64,000 nt of DNA from Mycobacteriales bacterium (GTDB lineage Bacteria; Actinomycetota; Actinomycetes; JAFAQI01), in contig DATJSI010000050.1 of assembly GCA_035504215.1 (NCBI GenBank), positions 8,340 through 72,339 of the forward strand. The letters run 5' to 3'. Of the stretch, positions 13,695-26,252 are shown piece by piece. The notes beneath the pieces are model-generated. The model searched no databases, was not told where the DNA came from, and worked only from the letters and a program-made list of their open reading frames with translations. Each line of letters opens with the position of its first letter. The first letter of the stretch is position 1. Both the position numbers and the translations under genes were made by a program.

Positions 13695-14471
13695 GTGGCC
13701 AGGACCTCATCCGATGACGCGATTGACCTGCCCCTCCGCTATCCGACCTCTCTGATCCACGTTGACGAGAGCGGGTCACGCGCGAGCAGGGAGCAGTTCT
13801 TCGTTGTGGGCGCCGTCAAGGTCCGCGAGTCTGGCCAACTGGCTCGGACCATTCGTGACGTGCGCGACCGCAACAACTTCGAGGGCGAGTTCAGGTTCAG
13901 CACGATCTCGCGAGGGAAGCTGGCCGTCTACTACGACCTGATCGACCAGCTTGAGCAGTCGGACGCCCACTTCGCGGCGTGTGTGGTCGACCGAAGCACT
14001 GGGGCAGATCCCTTCGCGTCCTCCGTGCCGCCATGGCGGATTCACGCTCGGGTAACAGCGCAGCTCCTGCGAGCGTGCATCAATCGACGCGAGGTCGTAT
14101 CGGTGTTGCTCGATAGCATCTCGACCCCAAAGGGTTGCGCGCTTGACGACACAGTGCGCGGGATGGTCAACACCCAACTGGGACGCACTGCCGTCGTGAC
14201 GGCTGCGTGCCTCAACTCCAGGACCAATGATGGCTTGCAGGTGGCCGACCTCGTCGCGAGCGCCATCGCATTCGACCGCCGCAAGGGGTGCCTTACGAAG
14301 GACAAACACCCCAATTCACACAAAGCTAAGGTGGCAGCGCGCCTTGCCACCGCGTTCGGCATTAGCTCGTTCGATGACGTGCACACCGAACGGGTGAACA
14401 TCGCCACCTACCGCCGGCGAGCGCCTGTGCGGCTCGCCACAGTCGAAAAGATTCCGCGCCTGACTGGTTGA
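13695..14471 (+). CDS. DUF3800-family protein
   Basis: 258 aa. N-terminal LIHVDESG and C-terminal GLQVADLVASAI match the conserved DESG...QxADL signature of DUF3800 (recalled from memory). GTG start. A GGGGG purine tract lies upstream. Confidence 0.6.
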   Translation: MARTSSDDAIDLPLRYPTSLIHVDESGSRASREQFFVVGAVKVRESGQLARTIRDVRDRNNFEGEFRFSTISRGKLAVYYDLIDQLEQSDAHFAACVVDRSTGADPFASSVPPWRIHARVTAQLLRACINRREVVSVLLDSISTPKGCALDDTVRGMVNTQLGRTAVVTAACLNSRTNDGLQVADLVASAIAFDRRKGCLTKDKHPNSHKAKVAARLATAFGISSFDDVHTERVNIATYRRRAPVRLATVEKIPRLTG

Positions 14472-14717
14472 GATTTCTCCGATTCGGGCGATACTCTGTA
14501 TGTGCGGCTTGAGCTTCGGGCTCACATCTGCACGTTCGGGCTTGAGCTTCGGGCTCACGGCCCGGAGAACTAGGGCTTGTAACGGCCTCCCACAGACAAC
14601 AACGACGAAGCGTCTCGTCAGAACTGGCGGGGCGCTTCGTCGCGTCTGCGCGCCCCCACGCAACTGCGAACGCCAGGAGGTTGACTTTCCCTAAGCGGTC
14701 AAGCATAATGGTCAGTA

Positions 14718-15583
14718 TGAACAAGCTGAGTCCGGAGAAGCGAGCGCAGGTCATCGGCTGCCTGGTCGAAGGCATGAGCATCCGAGGCACCGTCCGGACC
14801 ACAGGAGTAGCCAAGAACACCATCGTCAAGCTGCTTGTCGACCTCGGCGACGTCTGCTCCTACGCGGCGAACGAACTGCTAGTCGACGTCGAAGCCAAGC
14901 GCGTCCAGTGCGACGAGATCTGGTCCTTTTGCTACTCCAAGCAGAAGAACGTCCCCGAGGACAAGATCGGTGAGTTCGGGTACGGCGACATCTGGACGTG
15001 GACCGCTATCGACGCCGACACGAAGCTCGTCATCAGCTACCTAGTCGGGGACCGTTCCAGCTACTCGGCGCATCGGCTCATGGAGGACGTGTCCTACCGG
15101 GTCACGGGCCGGATGCAGCTCACCACCGACGGGCACAACGCCTACCTGAACGCGGTCGAGGACACGTTCCACGGCGACATCGACTACGCGCAGCTCGTGA
15201 AGATCTACGACGCTCCCAGCGGCCAGGACAACGAGCGTCGCTATTCGCCGGCTGTCTGCACCGGAGCCGACAAGCGCCGGATCAACGGGCACCCGGACGA
15301 GAAGCACATCAGCACCAGCTACGTGGAGCGCCAGAACCTCACTATGCGGATGAGCATGCGCCGGTTCACCCGGCTCACGAACGCGTTCAGCAAGAAGGTG
15401 GAGAACCTCGCCGCCGCCGTGAGCCTGCACTTCGTGTATTACAACTTCGCTCGGCCGCACCAGACGCTCACGAAGGCGAACGGCGGACGCCCGACCACCC
15501 CGGCAATGGCGGCAGGAAAGGCGTCCCGAGTTTGGACACTTGCCGACATCGTGCGCCTTCTGGACTACCAACTGCCGGAGTGA
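14718..15583 (+). CDS. IS1-family (ISMhu11-like group) transposase, single ORF
   Basis: N-terminal HTH (MNKLSPEKRAQVIGCLVEGMSIRGTVRTTGVAKNTI). DDE region (QCDEIWSF, WTAIDADTKL, LTTDGHNAY). C-terminal ERQNLTMRMSMRRFTRLTNAFSKKVENLAAAVSLHFVYYNFARPHQTL, typical of actinobacterial IS1-family transposases. The ORF track starts at 14681. A TTGACT-17-CATAAT promoter suggests a leaderless start at the ATG near 14718. Confidence 0.7.
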
Positions 15584-15699
15584 CCGGCGAGCCTCCACCA
15601 TCCGAACGTGTGTTCGTCGTAACTTCCCAGGCATTGGAGCCCCGGCGCGGCTGCAACCGCCCGGGGCATGGACCCCATCTTGTAAGGAGATGAGGACGT

Positions 15700-15975
15700 A
15701 TGAGTAAAAGGATCGTCGCCGTCCGCAAGAGTCGGTACGGCCACGGCCACCTCACCGAGGCCGGTATCGGCACGGTTCACGGTCGCCCCGCCTACTGGGA
15801 AGGCGTCGACACGGTGCGAGCGAACCTGGCCTCGCAGACCTACTACACGGTGAGTCCGACGTCGGGAGCGGTGGCCTACGTCCATCGGGTCACCTGCGAG
15901 TGCGGCGTGAAGACCATCCAGACCGACGGCGACCGGTGGCGCGACAACAACCTGGACAACCTGCCCACCTACTGA
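15700..15975 (+). CDS. DUF3892-family small protein
   Basis: 91 aa MSKRIVAVRKSRYGHGHLTE...YYTVSP..AYVHRV...TDGDRWRDNNLDNLP, matching DUF3892 hallmarks (recalled). Strong SD AAGGAG 8 nt upstream. AT-rich leader. Confidence 0.55.
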   Translation: MSKRIVAVRKSRYGHGHLTEAGIGTVHGRPAYWEGVDTVRANLASQTYYTVSPTSGAVAYVHRVTCECGVKTIQTDGDRWRDNNLDNLPTY

Positions 15976-16298
15976 TCAAGGTCCGGCACGATGGACAACG
16001 ACTGGAGTCGTGGCATTTCCGGTCGCGGCTTCAGTTCGTCCTCAGCGCGGTCGGGGAAGGCTGCGTATCCCATCGCGACCGCGATGCAGTCCGCGATGAA
16101 CGGCACCACGTGCTCAGCGGTTCCGACGGGCAGCTCGATTGCGATCCTGTCGTCCAGCGCCAGATAGATCTGTCCCCCCGGTTGCGGCGTCGCCGACAGG
16201 TAGGGGACGCGCCGCCCGCGCAGCACGACCGCGTGCGCCCGGAACGGGCCGATGAACTCCAGGTCGCTAAGCGCCGGGAGGTCAGAGTCGACGCTCAT
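15969..16298 (-). CDS. hypothetical protein (109 aa), convergent with and overlapping the DUF3892 gene by 7 nt
   Basis: ORF MSVDSDLPALSDLEFIGPFRAHAVVLRGRR.... An AT-rich promoter-like region (TCATTAT, ATGTAATTC motif) lies immediately upstream, inside IR-R. No recognisable family. Confidence 0.4.
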   Translation of the reverse strand: MSVDSDLPALSDLEFIGPFRAHAVVLRGRRVPYLSATPQPGGQIYLALDDRIAIELPVGTAEHVVPFIADCIAVAMGYAAFPDRAEDELKPRPEMPRLQSLSIVPDLDQ

Positions 16299-16347
16299 CG
16301 GCGCGATAATGACATCAATGTAATTCGATCCTTGGGTCCGACGCGCC

Positions 16348-16374
16348 CGTCCCGCTCAAACTGACCCACTACCC
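16348..16374. repeat. right terminal inverted repeat (IR-R) of the insertion
   Basis: CGTCCCGCTCAAACTGACCCACTACCC, the reverse complement of 13197-13223. The first mismatch is at the outermost flanking base. Confidence 0.8.
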
Positions 16375-16514
16375 GAACCCGCGGCCGGGCCTTGACCGCG
16401 GCGTACGCCGAGCTCGAGCGGCCCGCCGGGCCAGTGGGCGGCAGGTCCCCTAGCCGAGCGCGGCCAGGCCGCCGCTTGAGCCGGTGGTGGTGTGGGCAAC
16501 GACCAGCGTGACGA

Positions 16515-16847
16515 TCACGACCAGCCACACACCACGAGCTCGACCGACCCGAGGGTGATGCCGGCCAGCGCGAGGCCCCGGCCGCGGTCGCCGTTGTGCC
16601 GGATCTGGCGGACCGCGATGATGCCGAACACCAGCCCGAGGACGCCGCCGAGGAACGGCAGGATGCTCAGGGCCACCGCACAGCTGGCGGCGCCGATCGC
16701 GAACCCGTTCATGCTCGGCCGCGCCGGATACCCGTACGGCGGGTAGCCGTAGCCGACCGGGCCGCTGGTGGCCGCCGCATAGACCGGCGGCCGCTGCCAA
16801 CCGGGCGGGGCTGCGTAGGGAGGTTGCGGACCGGGCTCCGGGGTCAC
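16515..16847 (-). CDS. DUF4190-family membrane protein (Pro/Tyr-rich N-terminus, two TM helices)
   Basis: 110 aa with PPYAAPPGWQRPPVYAA...GYGYPPYGYP followed by AIGAASCAVALSILPFLGGVLGLVFGIIAVRQIRHNGDRGRGLALAGITLG. Confidence 0.65.
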   Translation of the reverse strand: MTPEPGPQPPYAAPPGWQRPPVYAAATSGPVGYGYPPYGYPARPSMNGFAIGAASCAVALSILPFLGGVLGLVFGIIAVRQIRHNGDRGRGLALAGITLGSVELVVCGWS

Positions 16848-16956
16848 CCGTTCAGTGTGCGACAGGGCGGCTGGCGCGCGCCGGCCGACCCGTTCGTCAG
16901 GACGACGAACGGGCTGCCCTCGGAGGAGGACAGCCCGTCTCGTCGTGGGTCACGGC

Positions 16957-21027
<4,071 letters not shown>

Positions 21028-21086
21028 CTTGTCTTCTTTCTTTTGGCTCTTCGGTTTTTAAGGGTTTGCCTGGGTTGGAGAAGTCG

Positions 21087-24000
21087 TCAGACTTCCTCAA
21101 CCGAACTCGGCTCGCGTCGGCTGAGGTCGATGCCCAGCTCCTCAGCCGCTCTGAACACGTCCTCGTCGGTCTCGCGCAGCTCGATCTGCATGCCGTCGCT
21201 GGACAGCACCTCGACGTTGAGGCACAACGACTGCATCTCCTTGATCAGCACCTTGAACGACTCGGGGATTCCGGGCTCCGGGATGTTCTCGCCCTTGACG
21301 ATGGCCTCGTAGACCTTGACCCGGCCGAGGACGTCGTCGGACTTGATGGTCAGCAGCTCCTGCAGCGCGTACGCCGCGCCGTAGGCCTCGAGCGCCCACA
21401 CCTCCATCTCGCCGAAGCGCTGGCCACCGAACTGCGCCTTACCACCCAGCGGCTGCTGCGTGATCATCGAGTACGGGCCGGTCGAACGGGCGTGGATCTT
21501 GTCGTCGACCAGGTGCAGGAGCTTCAGGATGTAGATGTAGCCGACCGAGATCGGCTGGCGGATCGGCTCACCGCTGCGGCCGTCGAACAGCTGTGCCTTG
21601 CCGTCCGAGCCGACCAGGCGCTGGCCGTCCCGGTTGGGCAGGGTCGAGCTCAGCAGGCCGCTGATCTCCTCCTCGCGCGCCCCGTCGAAGACCGGCGTCG
21701 CCAGGCAGGTGTTGGGCTCGGAGGAGTCCGCGCCGATCTCTGCCATCCGCTTCTGCCAGCTCTCCTTGGTGCCCTCGACCTGCCAGCCGCTCTTCGCGAC
21801 CCACCCGAGGTGGGTCTCGAGGACCTGGCCGACGTTCATCCGGCCGGGGACGCCGAGCGGGTTGAGGATGATGTCCACCGGCGTGCCGTCCTCGAGGAAC
21901 GGCATGTCCTCGACCGGCAGCACCTTCGAGATCACACCCTTGTTGCCGTGCCGGCCGGCGAGCTTGTCGCCGTCGGTGATCTTTCGCTTCTGCGCGACGT
22001 AGACGCGCACCAGCTCGTTGACCCCGGGCGGCAGCTCGTCCCCGTCCTCGCGGTTGAACACGCGGACGCCGATGACCTTGCCGCTCTCGCCGTGCGGCAC
22101 CTTCAGCGAGGTGTCGCGCACCTCGCGGGCCTTCTCACCGAAGATCGCGCGCAGCAGCCGCTCCTCCGGGGTCAGCTCGGTCTCGCCCTTCGGGGTGACC
22201 TTGCCGACCAGCACGTCGCCGGGGTCGACCTCGGCGCCGATCCGGATGATCCCCCGCTCGTCGAGGTCGGCGAGGACCTCCTCGCTGACGTTCGGGATGT
22301 CGCGGGTGATCTCCTCGGGGCCGAGCTTGGTGTCGCGAGCGTCGACCTCGTGCTCCTCGATGTGGATCGAGGACAGGACGTCCTCCTCGACCAGCCGCGA
22401 GGACAGGATGATCGCGTCCTCGTAGTTGTGGCCTTCCCACGACATGAACGCGACCAGCAGGTTCTTGCCGAGCGCCATCTCACCGTTCTGCGTGCACGGC
22501 CCGTCGGCGATGACCTGGCCGGCCTCGATCCGCTGGCCCTCGTCCACGATCGGCTTCTGGTTGAACGACGTGCCCTGGTTGGAGCGGTGGAACTTGGCCA
22601 GCCGGTAGACGCGGGTGGTGCCGTCGTCGTTCGCGACCGTGATGTAGTCGGCCGAGACCTCCTCGACGACGCCGGCGTGCTCCGCGACGACGACGTCGCC
22701 GGCGTCGACCGCGGCGCGGTACTCCATGCCGGTGCCGACCAGCGGCGCCTCGCTGCGCAGCAGCGGGACCGACTGGCGCTGCATGTTCGAGCCCATCAGC
22801 GCGCGGTTCGCGTCGTCGTGCTCGAGGAACGGGATCATCGCGGTCGCGACCGACACCATCTGCCGCGGCGACACGTCCATGTAGTCGACGGCGGTGGGCT
22901 CGACGTAGTCGACCTCACCCTCCTTGCGGCGGACCAGGACGCGGTTCTCGGCAAACGTGCCGTTGGCGGACAGGGGCGCGTTCGCCTGCGCGATGACGTG
23001 CCGGTCCTCCTCGTCCGCGGTGAGATAGTCGATGTGGTCGGTGACCCGGCCCTTGTCCACCCGCCGGTACGGCGTCTCGACGAAGCCGAACGGGTTGACC
23101 CGCGCGTAGGTCGACAGCGACCCGATCAGGCCGATGTTCGGACCTTCCGGGGTCTCGATCGGGCACATCCGGCCGTAGTGGCTGGGGTGCACGTCGCGGA
23201 CCTCGAAGCCGGCCCGCTCCCGGGACAGACCGCCCGGGCCGAGCGCCGACATGCGCCGCTTGTGGGTGAGACCGGCGAGCGGGTTGGTCTGGTCCATGAA
23301 CTGCGAGAGCTGGGAAGTCCCGAAGAACTCCTTGATCGACGCCACGACCGGCCGGATGTTGATCAGGGTCTGCGGCGTGATCGCCTCGACGTCCTGCGTC
23401 GTCATCCGCTCGCGGACGACCCGCTCCATGCGGGACAGCCCGATCCGGACCTGGTTCTGGATCAGCTCGCCGACGGTGCGCAGCCGCCGGTTGCCGAAGT
23501 GGTCGATGTCGTCGGTCTCGTAGCCCGGGTCGCCGCGGTGCAGGCGTACGACGTAGTCGATCGCCGCGACGATGTCGTCCTCGGTGAGGATCCCGGTGCC
23601 CGGCGCAACGTCGGTGCCGAGCTTCTTGTTGACCTTGTAGCGGCCGACCTTGGCCAGGTCGTAGCGCTTCTCGTTGAAGTAGAGGTTGTTGAGCAGGGTC
23701 TCCGCCGCGTCGCGCGTGGGCGGCTCGCCCGGACGCAGCTTGCGGTAGATGTCGATCAGCGCCTCGTCCGGCGTGGTCGTGTGGTCCTTCTCGAGCGTCA
23801 GCCGCATCGAGTCGAACTCGCCGAAGCGCTCGAGGATCCGCTCGTTGTCCCAACCGAGGGCACGAAGCAGCACCGTGACCGGCTGGCGCCGCTTGCGGTC
23901 GATGCGGACGCCGACCTGGTCGCGCTTGTCGACCTCGAACTCCAGCCAGGCGCCGCGGCCGGGGATGACCTTGGCGGCGTAGACCTCACGGTCGCTGGCC

Positions 24001-24506
24001 TTGTCGAGGGTGCGGTCGAAGTAGACGCCGGGCGAGCGGACCAGCTGCGAGACGACGACCCGCTCGGTGCCGTTGATGATGAACGTGCCCTGATCGGTCA
24101 TCAGCGGGAAGTCGCCCATGAAGACCGTCTGGCTCTTGATCTCGCCGGTTTCGTTGTTCGTGAACTCGGCGATGACGAACAGCGGCGCCGAGTAGGTCAT
24201 GTCCTTGTCCTTGCACTCCTCGATCGAGTGCGGCGGATCCATCAACTTCGGCTCGCGAAACTCCAGCGACATGGTGTCGGAAAAGTCGCGAATCGGGCTG
24301 ATTTCGGACAGGATCTCCTCGAGCCCGGACGTCGAGTTGCCGTCGGCCCGGTCTCGCCACTCGGGCGAGCCGATCAACCATTTGAACGACGACGTCTGCA
24401 ACGCCAGCAGGTTCGGCACTTCGAGCGGCTCGTTGATCCGCGCGAAGGAGATGCGGCGAGGTGCGAGGGTGGATGGAGCGGAAGCGGTGGAGCGCGAGGC
24501 GGCCAA
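21087..24506 (-). CDS. rpoB: DNA-directed RNA polymerase subunit beta
   Basis: 1139 aa with ...[29 protein letters not shown]...; conserved throughout. Confidence 0.97.
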   Translation of the reverse strand: MAASRSTASAPSTLAPRRISFARINEPLEVPNLLALQTSSFKWLIGSPEWRDRADGNSTSGLEEILSEISPIRDFSDTMSLEFREPKLMDPPHSIEECKDKDMTYSAPLFVIAEFTNNETGEIKSQTVFMGDFPLMTDQGTFIINGTERVVVSQLVRSPGVYFDRTLDKASDREVYAAKVIPGRGAWLEFEVDKRDQVGVRIDRKRRQPVTVLLRALGWDNERILERFGEFDSMRLTLEKDHTTTPDEALIDIYRKLRPGEPPTRDAAETLLNNLYFNEKRYDLAKVGRYKVNKKLGTDVAPGTGILTEDDIVAAIDYVVRLHRGDPGYETDDIDHFGNRRLRTVGELIQNQVRIGLSRMERVVRERMTTQDVEAITPQTLINIRPVVASIKEFFGTSQLSQFMDQTNPLAGLTHKRRMSALGPGGLSRERAGFEVRDVHPSHYGRMCPIETPEGPNIGLIGSLSTYARVNPFGFVETPYRRVDKGRVTDHIDYLTADEEDRHVIAQANAPLSANGTFAENRVLVRRKEGEVDYVEPTAVDYMDVSPRQMVSVATAMIPFLEHDDANRALMGSNMQRQSVPLLRSEAPLVGTGMEYRAAVDAGDVVVAEHAGVVEEVSADYITVANDDGTTRVYRLAKFHRSNQGTSFNQKPIVDEGQRIEAGQVIADGPCTQNGEMALGKNLLVAFMSWEGHNYEDAIILSSRLVEEDVLSSIHIEEHEVDARDTKLGPEEITRDIPNVSEEVLADLDERGIIRIGAEVDPGDVLVGKVTPKGETELTPEERLLRAIFGEKAREVRDTSLKVPHGESGKVIGVRVFNREDGDELPPGVNELVRVYVAQKRKITDGDKLAGRHGNKGVISKVLPVEDMPFLEDGTPVDIILNPLGVPGRMNVGQVLETHLGWVAKSGWQVEGTKESWQKRMAEIGADSSEPNTCLATPVFDGAREEEISGLLSSTLPNRDGQRLVGSDGKAQLFDGRSGEPIRQPISVGYIYILKLLHLVDDKIHARSTGPYSMITQQPLGGKAQFGGQRFGEMEVWALEAYGAAYALQELLTIKSDDVLGRVKVYEAIVKGENIPEPGIPESFKVLIKEMQSLCLNVEVLSSDGMQIELRETDEDVFRAAEELGIDLSRREPSSVEEV

Positions 24507-24746
24507 GTGGGGTCCTTCTCTAGTTGCCCGCTGTCAGTGTTCGCGCGCGCCAATCGACCCGCGGCTCTGCATGGTCAGCAGACGCGGAGAAGTCGGGAGG
24601 CAGCGCAAATAAGCAGCATAGCCGCGAGAAGGCTCGCTGTCGAGAACGACCCGCTAGTCGGGCCCACCGTATTCAGTCACTGCTGCGCAGCAGGATGCCC
24701 TCCGGGCGGGCCGGCCGTCAAGTCTCCACGCGGAACTGTGCGTTCA

Positions 24747-24778
24747 GGATCGGCCGGCCACGGCAGGCCGGCCGATCC
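24747..24778 (-). terminator. 13-bp perfect-stem GC hairpin immediately downstream of rplL (putative rplL-rpoB attenuator/partial terminator)
   Basis: GGATCGGCCGGCC-acggca-GGCCGGCCGATCC read from the sequence, 15 nt after the rplL stop. No U-tract, which is usual for high-GC actinobacteria. Confidence 0.5.
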
Positions 24779-24793
24779 GTGCAGGTACGGCGG

Positions 24794-25189
24794 CTACTTG
24801 ACGGTGACGGTCGCGCCGGCGCCTTCGAGGGCTTCCTTGCCCTTGTCGGCGGCGTCCTTCGCGACCTTCTCCAGGACCGTCTTCGGCGCACCGTCGACGA
24901 GGTCCTTGGCCTCCTTGAGGCCCAGGCTGGTGAGCTCGCGCACGACCTTGATGACCTGGATCTTCTTGTCGCCGGCGGCCTCGAGGATGACGTCGAACTC
25001 GTCCTTCTCCTCCTCGGCCTCGGCGGCCGCGCCGCCGCCGGCGCCACCCGCGGCCGGGGCAGCGACCGCAACCGGAGCGGCCGCGGAGACACCGAAGGTC
25101 TCCTCGAAGGCCTTCACGAGCTCGGAGATCTCGATCAGGCTCTTCTCCTTGAGCGCCTCGATGATCTCGTCGTTGGTCAGGGTGGGCAT
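24794..25189 (-). CDS. rplL: 50S ribosomal protein L7/L12
   Basis: 131 aa [34 protein letters not shown]...[23 protein letters not shown]. Confidence 0.95.
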   Translation of the reverse strand: MPTLTNDEIIEALKEKSLIEISELVKAFEETFGVSAAAPVAVAAPAAGGAGGGAAAEAEEEKDEFDVILEAAGDKKIQVIKVVRELTSLGLKEAKDLVDGAPKTVLEKVAKDAADKGKEALEGAGATVTVK

Positions 25190-25204
25190 GAGAGTTCTCC
25201 TCGC

Positions 25205-25987
25205 TCAGTTCTCGGCCGGCGCATCGGCGGATTCGCCGGCCGGTGTCTCTTCGGTGCTGGTCGGGGTTGATGCGTCGGTGCCGGCGTCGTCGGCACCGCT
25301 GTCCGCGGGGGCCTCGTCCGCAGCCACGTCAGCCGCGGGCGCGGCCCCGGTGGCCGGTTCGTCCGTGGTGGCCGGCGCGTCGTCGGCAGCCGCACTCGCC
25401 GGCGCATCGCCGGCGGCCGCGGGCGGCGGGTCGGTCGCGGCCGCGCCGTCGCCACCACGGGCGGCGTCGGGGTCGCTCGCGAGCTTCGCTTCCAGCGCGC
25501 CGAGCAGCTGCGCCAGCTGACGGATCGGCGCGCCGAGCACGGTCACCATCTGCTGCGCCGGGGCGAGCATGCCGCCGGCGAACTTCGCCAGCAAGACCTC
25601 GCGCGACTCCAGGTCGGCGAGGGTGCGGATCTCGTCCGCGGTGAGCGGCTTGCCGTCGAGGATCCCGCCCTTGACGACCAGGTGCGGATGCTCGCGCCCG
25701 AAGCTGCGCAGCCCCTTCGCGACCTCGACCGCGTCACCGGACACGAACGCGATCGCCGAAGGGCCTTCGAGCATCGGCTCGAAGACGTCATAACCGGCTT
25801 CCCGGGCCGCGATCTTGGTCAGCGTGTTCTTCACCACGGCATACGTCGCGTTCCCGGCGAGCGCGCGGCGCAGCTCTTTGAGCTCGGCGACCGTGAGCCC
25901 GCGGTACTCGGTCAGCACCGCCGCCGACGCGTTGCGGAAAGCGTCGGTCAGCTCGGCGACCGCGGTGGCCTTGTCGGCCCGGACCAT
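25205..25987 (-). CDS. rplJ: 50S ribosomal protein L10 with ~90-aa acidic Ala/Asp/Pro-rich C-terminal extension
   Basis: Start chosen at [41 protein letters not shown], the canonical L10 N-terminus. The ORF-track upstream extension is rejected. Confidence 0.88.
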   Translation of the reverse strand: MVRADKATAVAELTDAFRNASAAVLTEYRGLTVAELKELRRALAGNATYAVVKNTLTKIAAREAGYDVFEPMLEGPSAIAFVSGDAVEVAKGLRSFGREHPHLVVKGGILDGKPLTADEIRTLADLESREVLLAKFAGGMLAPAQQMVTVLGAPIRQLAQLLGALEAKLASDPDAARGGDGAAATDPPPAAAGDAPASAAADDAPATTDEPATGAAPAADVAADEAPADSGADDAGTDASTPTSTEETPAGESADAPAEN

Positions 25988-26252
25988 GAGCAGTCCTTTC
26001 GATGGAACGGCGCGGATGGTGCGGGGGTACAGATGCAGAAAACGCCCCGGCGCGAGGCGCGCGGGGCGTCCGGCGCGCAGCACGCGCTGCGCGGTACGAC
26101 GTTCCACTCACCTGCGCTGGACGCCCGCTGAGGCGGGCCTTCGGTCACCGGTGTGGCGACGACCTGCGGTCTTCGGCGCCGACGAGGCTAGCAGCGCCTC
26201 GCGGGCTCCCTCAAACGCCGATGACCGCGCCGGCAAAACCGCGGGCCGCCGC
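25988..26252 (-). promoter_or_regulatory. rplJ 5' leader region (expected site of L10(L12)4 autoregulatory leader)
   Basis: A 265-nt non-coding gap between the rplA stop and the rplJ start. A conserved L10 leader occupies this position in most bacteria (established knowledge). The structure was not verified by hand. Confidence 0.4.

Larger units (their letters stand above)
13197..16374. mobile_element. ~3.2-kb insertion bounded by 27-bp perfect terminal inverted repeats (13197-13223 GGGTAGTGGGTCAGTTTGAGCGGGACG / 16348-16374 reverse complement); carries IS1-family-like transposase plus passenger genes
   Basis: The inverted repeats were read directly from the sequence. The interior contains a DDE transposase, DUF3800, DUF3892, small ORFs and locally AT-richer segments. 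It interrupts the usually compact rpoC-rpsL neighbourhood. Confidence 0.65.

Noticed and set aside
14577-15687. Smaller IS boundaries around the transposase alone (7-bp direct repeats CTTGTAA at 14577 and 15681)
   Set aside because: No convincing inverted repeats were found just inside these positions, and 7-bp matches are weak. The 27-bp IRs at 13197/16374 are far stronger element ends.
13197-16374. Alternative reading of the 27-bp inverted repeats as a native giant hairpin/terminator with a 3.1-kb loop
   Set aside because: A 27-bp perfect stem enclosing five or more genes, including a transposase, is far better explained as transposon terminal inverted repeats. It is kept as a formal alternative to be tested by comparison with the empty site.
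21066-25520. 1484-aa plus-strand ORF
   Set aside because: Antisense to rpoB and rplL. An artefact.
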